From IMG/VR virus record IMGVR_UViG_2875697941_000001: a stretch of 64,000 bases of DNA; one strand, 5' to 3'. This stretch comes from a virus (Duplodnaviria; Heunggongvirae; Uroviricota; Caudoviricetes). Position 1 is the first letter of the stretch. Each line of letters opens with the position of its first letter. The translations under genes and the position numbers were made by a program. The notes below the pieces were generated by a model, which ran no database searches, was not told where the DNA came from, and was given only the letters and a program-made list of their open reading frames with translations. This document shows, one piece after another, positions 57,745 to 64,000 of the stretch.

Positions 57745-58401
57745 AAAATGAAATGGTATGAACTGGCTAGATCCAGAATGAAAGAGCTCGGCATAACTCA
57801 AGAGAAGTTAGCCGAAGAGCTAGGTATGACGCAGGGTGGAATTGGACACTGGTTGCGCGGATCTCGTCATCCATCTCTTAGTGATATTGGTGTGGTGTTT
57901 AAATACCTTGGTATTGATAACATATCATTCAACCACGACGGGACATTTTCACCTGTTGGCGAATACTCATCGGCCCCAGTTAAAAAACAATATGAGTACC
58001 CTGTTTTTTCTCATGTTCAGGCTGGGATGTTCTCTCCAGAACTCAGAACCTTTACCAAAGGCGATGCGGAGAGATTGGTAAGCACAACCAAAAAAGCCAG
58101 TGACTCTGCATTCTGGCTTGAGGTTGAAGGTAACTCGATGACCGCCCCAACAGGTTCCAAACCTAGTTTTCCTGACGGGATGTTAATTCTGGTTGACCCT
58201 GAGCAGGCTGTTGAGCCAGGTGATTTCTGCATAGCCAGACTTGGTGGTGATGAGTTTACCTTCAAGAAACTGATCAGGGATAGCGGTCAGGTGTTTCTAC
58301 AGCCACTAAACCCGCAATATCCAATGATCCCATGCAATGAGAGTTGTTCCGTTGTGGGGAAAGTTATCGCCAGCCAGTGGCCAGAAGAGACGTTTGGGTA
58401 A
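57745..58401 (+). CDS. cI: CI-type prophage repressor (HTH plus S24 LexA-like peptidase)
   Basis: 218 aa; N-terminal HTH ([20 protein letters not shown]); C-terminal Ser/Lys dyad context (GNSM, FKKL). Confidence 0.8.
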   Translation, partial: KMKWYELARSRMKELGITQEKLAEELGMTQGGIGHWLRGSRHPSLSDIGVVFKYLGIDNISFNHDGTFSPVGEYSSAPVKKQYEYPVFSHVQAGMFSPELRTFTKGDAERLVSTTKKASDSAFWLEVEGNSMTAPTGSKPSFPDGMLILVDPEQAVEPGDFCIARLGGDEFTFKKLIRDSGQVFLQPLNPQYPMIPCNESCSVVGKVIASQWPEETFG

Positions 58402-58573
58402 TTTCTCTGTTTGTTTTTTAAGCTATCAATCTCTGGCTTGTGGATAAGTTGGAAGGTATTCGCTGCTAATGTATTGACATTTACAAAATATAGGTATTTT
58501 GGGGTTGTCTAAAATTACCTATAGGGTAAACTTCACTTAAGCTCCTACATGAGAGCTTCTGAGGAGAGATAAA

Positions 58574-58870
58574 ATGAAAACCTTACGTTGCATGGCCTAC
58601 CAGCAGAACGGCGTTTACGTAGCTGCATGTTTAGACCTGTCATTGGCAGCGCAAGCAGATACTATGAAAGAAGCTGTAAACAAACTGGATGAGCAGATTA
58701 AAGATTTTTTCACTGAAGCGCTATCAGAGCCGGAATATGCAAAACAACTACTAAGTCGGAAAGCACCTTTATCTATGTGGCTTAAGTATTGGGTAATTGC
58801 ATTTCAGGTTTTTGTCAGAAAACGAGGTGAAGCAAAACTCTTTGCTGAGCCTTGTGATGCTCATGCTTAG
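58574..58870 (+). CDS. HicB-like (UPF0150-like) putative antitoxin
   Basis: 98 aa; N-terminus YQQNGVYVAACLDLSLAAQADTMKEAVNKLDEQIKDFF resembles HicB N-domain; no obvious DNA-binding domain. Confidence 0.45.
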   Translation: MKTLRCMAYQQNGVYVAACLDLSLAAQADTMKEAVNKLDEQIKDFFTEALSEPEYAKQLLSRKAPLSMWLKYWVIAFQVFVRKRGEAKLFAEPCDAHA

Positions 58871-58881
58871 GGTTACATTAC

Positions 58882-59166
58882 ATGTTCTTGAAAAAGCTTA
58901 CTCCTTTGAAATACGACGAGGTAATCAGGGGACTTAAGAAAATGGGGTTTGAAATGAAACCTAAAACAGGAACCTCTCACGAACAGTGGGTTCTCAAGAA
59001 CAGTAAAGGAAAATGGGTGGTTACAGTTGATAAGCATCACGCCCCATTCTCCAGAGATTTAATAAAATCCATGGCTAAGCAAGCTGGACTGAAAGCTCGT
59101 CACTTTCATGCGTTATGCAGAGGTGACGCAACGCTTGAGGATATAGGATTCCAAATCATTAGCTAA
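58882..59166 (+). CDS. HicA/YcfA-like putative mRNA-interferase toxin
   Basis: 94 aa; GTSH ... VTVDKHHAPFSRDLIKSMAKQAGL fits the HicA pattern; 11 nt after the HicB-like gene. Confidence 0.55.
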   Translation: MFLKKLTPLKYDEVIRGLKKMGFEMKPKTGTSHEQWVLKNSKGKWVVTVDKHHAPFSRDLIKSMAKQAGLKARHFHALCRGDATLEDIGFQIIS

Positions 59167-59195
59167 AACCCGGCCTCAGCGCCGGGTTTTCTTTG
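59165..59195 (+). terminator. rho-independent terminator
   Basis: Hairpin CCCGGCCTCAGCGCCGGG followed by TTTTCTTT immediately after the hicA-like stop. Confidence 0.6.
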
Positions 59196-59379
59196 CCTCA
59201 CGCCCCCACCTAAAGACACATAACCAAATGTATTTATTGAAAAATAAATAGATACAACTCACTAAACCACGCAATTCTGATCTCTCCTTACATCGCCGAG
59301 GCAATACACCCACGCTAAAAAACAACACTATTAAATACAAAGTGTTATAAAAAATCACCCCATTTTAGAACAAATCGTA

Positions 59380-59408
59380 TTGACCAAATAAAGTACATAT
59401 CGTACTAT
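59380..59408 (+). promoter_or_regulatory. candidate pL promoter with overlapping operator
   Basis: TTGACC-N17-TACTAT; spacer contains TACATATCGTA, reverse-complement match (10/11) to the OR site. Confidence 0.4.
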
Positions 59409-59454
59409 TTAACCGTCAGCAGGACGCTGGAAGCCAAACGGAACAGACTGGCAG

Positions 59455-59482
59455 GCTCTTTAAACAACGTCGAACTCTCGAC
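59455..59482 (+). promoter_or_regulatory. candidate nutL (boxA-like plus boxB-like hairpin)
   Basis: GCTCTTTAAACAA followed by hairpin GTCGAACTCTCGAC, upstream of the N-like gene. Confidence 0.35.
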
Positions 59483-59598
59483 TACGTGGCTGAAAAGCCA
59501 GATCACCCAACCACATGAGCTGTGGGATGCAATGCCGAAGCAACCGTCTCAGGAGGAGCTTCGAGATTGCATCGCCAAAGTTTATTCGGGAGGAATCT

Positions 59599-59871
59599 AT
59601 GTCCAGAAAAACAGAATTTAAAGGCACCGCAGCTTCTCGCCGTAGAGCTCGTCGCGCAAATCTGCAAAGTCAGAAGGCGATCAGCTCCGACAAGCTACAC
59701 AGGCCAACCCCTTCACGAGTGGTCTTGCAATGCAAGCGCAAACCAGCAATGAGAGCAGAAGTAATAACACTGACAACGCTGACCAGAAAATATGAAGGCT
59801 CAACTTGTCTTCCAAACGTAGCTCTTTACGCGGCAGGCTACCGGAAATCCAAACAACTGACAGCAAGATGA
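59599..59871 (+). CDS. N: N-like transcription antiterminator
   Basis: ~90 aa from MSRKTEF; arginine-rich motif GTAASRRRARRANLQSQ resembles phage-21 N; C-terminus divergent. Confidence 0.5.
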   Translation: MSRKTEFKGTAASRRRARRANLQSQKAISSDKLHRPTPSRVVLQCKRKPAMRAEVITLTTLTRKYEGSTCLPNVALYAAGYRKSKQLTAR

Positions 59872-60155
59872 CTTGTGTTGGTCGCCAGAAAATGAAATTA
59901 GGCAGCAAACCACTTATTTGAGGTGAGATATGGAAGAAGAATTTGAAGAGTTCGAAGATCATCCTCAGGATGTGATGGAACAATACCAGGACTATCCGTA
60001 TGACTACGACTATTGATAAGAATCAATGGTGTAGACAATACGAACGACGACAATGATTGCCAGAGAACTTGGTAAACAGAACTACAAGGCTGCCTGATGG
60101 TGGCCTTTATTTTTGTCCGTAAATAATTTCATGCTTATTACAATCAAGGTGATAT

Positions 60156-60605
60156 ATGGAAGAACAAGCAAACAAGATTCTCGTAGAACTACTGCAAAAA
60201 GCCAGTAATGGAATAGACGCGGCTGTTTCATTTAGCCAGGCACAGATTCCTGATGTTGTTCATCAGTTGCTGCTATGGAATATGGTTGACAGTCTGATTA
60301 AAACATTAATGGCCATTCTAACAATCCCACTGGTTTTCTGGTTTATGAAGAAGCAGTGCCAAAGAGTTGAGACAGGTAAAATCGGTGATGAAGGATATTC
60401 ATGGGAGAAAGGAAATCCCAAATACAGGCCGACAATGGTTTGGGATAGCAAAGGTGATATTAATCTTCTTATCATGCCATTGGTTGGAGTTTTGACTCTG
60501 TGGGGGATTTTTATTATTGGTGTAGTAACCAATATGACTTGGTTAAAAATTTGGCTGGCCCCAAAGCTTTACCTTATCGAATATGCAGCATCATTGGTTA
60601 AGTAA
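60156..60605 (+). CDS. inner-membrane protein of unknown function
   Basis: 149 aa; two predicted TM helices; AT-rich; between N and cIII. Confidence 0.45.
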   Translation: MEEQANKILVELLQKASNGIDAAVSFSQAQIPDVVHQLLLWNMVDSLIKTLMAILTIPLVFWFMKKQCQRVETGKIGDEGYSWEKGNPKYRPTMVWDSKGDINLLIMPLVGVLTLWGIFIIGVVTNMTWLKIWLAPKLYLIEYAASLVK

Positions 60606-60800
60606 TTTCAGGCCGCATAGTCGGCCTTTATTTTTGGCATAAACAACAGAATAAACACTGCACTGTGTATTCATTCCAACGAGTGAATACACGGAGCAAT
60701 GTCGCTCGTAACTAAACAGGAGCCGACTTGTTCTGATTATTGGAAATCTTCTTTGCCCTCCAGTGTGAAGGCGATTTTTTATCTATGAGGATATGAATAG

Positions 60801-61169
60801 ATGTCAAACATCAAAAAATACATCATTGATTACGACTGGAAAGCATCAATAGAAATTGAAATCGACCATGACGTAATGACAGAGGAAAAACTTCACCAGA
60901 TTAATAATTTCTGGTCAGACTCTGAATACCGACTCAATAAACACGGCTCTTTATTAAATGCTGTATTAATCATGCTGGCGCAACATGCTCTGCTTATAGC
61001 AATTTCGAAAGACTTAAATGCATATGGTGTTGTTTGTGAGTTCGACTGGGATGATGGAAATGGTCAGGAAGGATGGCCTCCAATGGATGGTAGTGAAGGA
61101 ATAAGAATTACCGATATCGATACATCAGGAATATTTGATTCAGATGATATGACTATCAAGGCCGCCTGA
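60801..61169 (+). CDS. hypothetical acidic protein
   Basis: 122 aa; AT-rich; same operon context. Confidence 0.45.
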   Translation: MSNIKKYIIDYDWKASIEIEIDHDVMTEEKLHQINNFWSDSEYRLNKHGSLLNAVLIMLAQHALLIAISKDLNAYGVVCEFDWDDGNGQEGWPPMDGSEGIRITDIDTSGIFDSDDMTIKAA

Positions 61170-61241
61170 GTGCGGTTTTACCGCATACCAATAACGCTTC
61201 ACTCGAGGCGTTTTTCGTTATGTATAAATAAGGAGCACACC

Positions 61242-61406
61242 ATGCAATATGCCATTGCAGGGTGGCCTGTTGCTGGCTGCCCTTCCGAATCTTTACTTGA
61301 ACGAATCACCCGTAAATTACGTGACGGATGGAAACGCCTTATCGACATGCTTAATCAGCCAGGAGTCCCAAAGAATGGATCAAACACTTATGGCTATCCA
61401 GACTAA
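61242..61406 (+). CDS. cIII: CIII (FtsH inhibitor)
   Basis: 54 aa MQYAIAGWPVAGCPSESLLERITRKLRDGWKRL...; matches lambda CIII. Confidence 0.8.
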   Translation: MQYAIAGWPVAGCPSESLLERITRKLRDGWKRLIDMLNQPGVPKNGSNTYGYPD

Positions 61407-61518
61407 ATTCACTATCGCCACTTTTATTGGCGATGAAAAGATGTTTCGTGAAGCCGTCGACGCTTATAAAAAATGGATATTAATACTGAAACTGAGATCA
61501 AGCAAAAGCATTCACTAA
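61375..61518 (+). CDS. kil: host-killing protein Kil
   Basis: 47 aa [47 protein letters not shown]; matches lambda Kil. Confidence 0.75.
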   Translation: MDQTLMAIQTKFTIATFIGDEKMFREAVDAYKKWILILKLRSSKSIH

Positions 61519-61591
61519 CCCCTTTCCTGTTTTCCTAATCAGCCCGGCATTTCGCGGGCGATATTTTCACAGCTATTTCAGGAGTTCAGCC

Positions 61592-61888
61592 ATGAACGCT
61601 TATTACATTCAGGATCGTCTTGAGGCTCAGAGCTGGGCGCGTCACTACCAGCAGATCGCCCGTGAAGAGAAAGAGGCAGAACTGGCAGACGACATGGAAA
61701 AAGGCCTGCCCCAGCACCTGTTTGAATCACTCTGCATCGATCATTTACAACGCCACGGGGCCAGTAAAAAAGCCATTACCCGTGCGTTTGATGACGATGT
61801 TGAGTTTCAGGAGCGCATGGCAGAACACATCCGGTACATGGTTGAAACCATTGCTCACCACCAGGTTGATATTGATTCAGAGGTATAA
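61592..61888 (+). CDS. gam: RecBCD inhibitor Gam (short form)
   Basis: 98 aa [21 protein letters not shown]...; matches lambda Gam. Confidence 0.9.
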   Translation: MNAYYIQDRLEAQSWARHYQQIAREEKEAELADDMEKGLPQHLFESLCIDHLQRHGASKKAITRAFDDDVEFQERMAEHIRYMVETIAHHQVDIDSEV

Positions 61889-61893
61889 AACGG

Positions 61894-62679
61894 ATGAGTA
61901 CAGCACTCGCAACGCTGGCTGGGAAGCTGGCTGAACGTGTCGGCATGGATTCTGTCGACCCACAGGAACTGATCACCACTCTTCGCCAGACGGCATTTAA
62001 AGGTGATGCCAGCGATGCGCAGTTCATCGCATTGTTGATCGTCGCCAACCAGTACGGCCTTAATCCGTGGACGAAAGAAATTTACGCCTTCCCTGACAAG
62101 CAGAACGGCATCGTTCCGGTGGTGGGCGTTGATGGCTGGTCCCGTATCATCAATGAAAACCAGCAATTTGATGGCATGGACTTTGAGCAGGACAATGAAT
62201 CATGTACATGCCGGATTTACCGCAAGGACCGTAATCATCCGATCTGCGTTACCGAGTGGATGGATGAATGCCGCCGCGAACCATTCAAAACTCGCGAAGG
62301 CAGAGAAATCACGGGGCCGTGGCAGTCGCATCCCAAACGGATGTTACGGCATAAAGCTATGATTCAGTGTGCCCGTCTCGCCTTCGGATTTGCTGGTATC
62401 TATGACAAGGATGAAGCCGAGCGCATTGTCGAAAATACCGCATACACTGCAGAACGTCAGCCGGAACGCGACATCACTCCGGTTAACGATGAAACCATGC
62501 AGGAGATTAACACTCTGCTGATCGCCCTGGATAAAACATGGGATGACGACTTATTGCCGCTCTGTTCCCAGATATTTCGCCGCGACATTCGCGCATCGTC
62601 AGAACTGACACAGGCCGAAGCAGTGAAAGCTCTTGGATTCCTGAAACAGAAAGCCACTGAGCAGAAGGTGGCAGCATGA
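61894..62679 (+). CDS. bet: single-strand annealing protein Bet (Red-beta)
   Basis: 261 aa; essentially identical to recalled lambda Bet. Confidence 0.95.
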   Translation: MSTALATLAGKLAERVGMDSVDPQELITTLRQTAFKGDASDAQFIALLIVANQYGLNPWTKEIYAFPDKQNGIVPVVGVDGWSRIINENQQFDGMDFEQDNESCTCRIYRKDRNHPICVTEWMDECRREPFKTREGREITGPWQSHPKRMLRHKAMIQCARLAFGFAGIYDKDEAERIVENTAYTAERQPERDITPVNDETMQEINTLLIALDKTWDDDLLPLCSQIFRRDIRASSELTQAEAVKALGFLKQKATEQKVAA

Positions 62680-63356
62680 TACCGGACATTATCCTGCAGC
62701 GTACCGGGATCGACGTGAGAGCTGTCGAACAGGGGGATGATGCATGGCACAAATTACGGCTCGGCGTCATCACCGCTTCAGAAGTTCACAACGTGATAGC
62801 AAAGCCCCGCTCAGGAAAGAAGTGGCCTGACATGAAAATGTCCTACTTCCACACCCTGCTGGCTGAGGTTTGCACCGGTGTGGCTCCGGAAGTTAATGCT
62901 AAGGCGCTGGCCTGGGGAAAACAGTACGAGAACGACGCCAGAACCCTGTTTGAATTCACTTCCGGCGTGAATATTACTGAATCCCCGATCATCTATCGCG
63001 ACGAAAGTATGCGCACCGCCTGCTCTCCCGATGGTTTATGCAGTGACGGCAACGGCCTGGAACTGAAATGCCCGTTTACCTCCCGGGATTTCATGAAATT
63101 CCGGCTCGGTGGTTTCGAGGCAATAAAATCGGCTTACATGGCCCAGGTGCAGTACAGCATGTGGGTGACGCGAAAAGATGCCTGGTACTTTGCCAACTAT
63201 GACCCGCGTATGAAGCGTGAAGGCCTGCATTATGTCGTGGTTGAGCGGGATGAAAAGTACATGGCGAGTTTTGACGAGATGGTGCCGGAGTTCATCGAAA
63301 AAATGGACGAGGCACTGGCTGAAATTGGTTTTGTATTTGGGGAGCAATGGCGATGA
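62676..63356 (+). CDS. exo: lambda exonuclease Exo (Red-alpha)
   Basis: 226 aa; essentially identical to recalled lambda Exo. Confidence 0.95.
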   Translation: MIPDIILQRTGIDVRAVEQGDDAWHKLRLGVITASEVHNVIAKPRSGKKWPDMKMSYFHTLLAEVCTGVAPEVNAKALAWGKQYENDARTLFEFTSGVNITESPIIYRDESMRTACSPDGLCSDGNGLELKCPFTSRDFMKFRLGGFEAIKSAYMAQVQYSMWVTRKDAWYFANYDPRMKREGLHYVVVERDEKYMASFDEMVPEFIEKMDEALAEIGFVFGEQWR

Positions 63357-63535
63357 AGCATCCTCACGATAATATCCGGGTAGGTGCGATCACTTTCGTC
63401 TACTCCGTTACAAAGCGAGGCTGGGTATTTCCCGGCCTTTCTGTTATCAGAAATCCCCTGAAAGCACAGCGGCTGGCTGAGGAGATAAATAATAAACGGG
63501 GGGCTGTATGCACAAAGCATCTCCTGTTGAGTTAA
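63347..63535 (+). CDS. small early-left ORF (lambda orf60a-like)
   Basis: 62-aa ORF overlapping exo stop; position after exo. Confidence 0.45.
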   Translation: MAMKHPHDNIRVGAITFVYSVTKRGWVFPGLSVIRNPLKAQRLAEEINNKRGAVCTKHLLLS

Positions 63536-63699
63536 GAACGTGTATCGAGATGGCACATAGCCTCGCTCAAATTGGAGTCAGGTTTGTGCCAATACCAGTA
63601 GAAACAGACGAAGAATTTCATACGTTAGCCGCATCCCTTTCACAAAAGCTGGAAATGATGGTGGCGAAAGCAGAAGCAGATGAGAGAGACCAGGTATGA
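63508..63699 (+). CDS. small early-left ORF (lambda orf63-like)
   Basis: 63-aa ORF; same context. Confidence 0.45.
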   Translation: MHKASPVELRTCIEMAHSLAQIGVRFVPIPVETDEEFHTLAASLSQKLEMMVAKAEADERDQV

Positions 63700-63777
63700 C
63701 AACCACTGAATGCATTTTTCTGGCAGCGGGCTTCATATTCTGTGTGCTTATGCTTGCCGACATGGGACTTGTTCAAT

Positions 63778-63991
63778 GACACCTCAGCAAGAAAACGCCC
63801 TTCGCAGCATTGCCCGTCAGGCTAACTCTGAAATCAAAAAAGCCAGACAGCAGTTTCCGGATAAAAACGTCGATGACATTTGCCGTAGCGTACTGAAGAA
63901 GCACCGCGAAACGGTAACGCTGATGGGATTCACACCGACTCATTTAAGTCTGGCGATCGGCATGTTAAACGGCGTCTTTAAGGAGCGATGA
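63778..63991 (+). CDS. small early-left ORF (lambda orf61-like)
   Basis: ~70 aa from MTPQQENALRSIARQ. Confidence 0.4.
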
Positions 63992-64000
63992 ACATGAAAA

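Noticed and set aside
59515-59598. N-terminal 28-aa extension of the N-like ORF (MSCGMQCRSN...)
   Set aside because: Overlaps the predicted nut site; the arginine-rich motif begins right after the internal Met, so the shorter start is preferred

Overview
This 64 kb window looks like a scaffold joining two phage-derived segments, with no rRNA, tRNA, CRISPR array or IS element recognised. All protein-family calls are from reading the translations and from recalled knowledge of phages P1 and lambda; no database search was run.

(1) nt 1 to ~24.7 kb is a P1-family phage-plasmid segment. It carries an immI-like antirepressor locus, a C1-operator-controlled kilA-repL lytic replicon, a block of virion genes, parS-parB-parA partition, an iteron-type repA replicon with a P1-style oriR, an rdgC homologue and a 3'-truncated fused C5-cytosine/N6-adenine methyltransferase.

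(2) nt ~24.9 to 64 kb is a lambda-like prophage read in inverted orientation. It runs tfa, stf, lom, J, tail and head genes, terminase, cos, bor, a phage-21-type lysis cassette, a porin moron, Q, the nin region, O/P with ori iterons, cII, cro, cI, an N-like gene, cIII, kil, gam, bet and exo.

The sequence contains assembly artefacts: a 23-N gap flanked by an unmerged ~110 bp overlap in K, and a 136 bp tandem duplication plus a 70 bp deletion in J.

The best candidates for undescribed accessory or defence functions are: (a) an AT-rich two-gene operon (DUF3800-like protein plus a 154-aa partner) downstream of repL; (b) a T5orf172/GIY-YIG-like gene with its own terminator between the incA iterons and the parA promoter; (c) a HicB-like/HicA-like pair at the rexAB position between cI and pL. 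None of these can be confirmed as a defence system from sequence alone.
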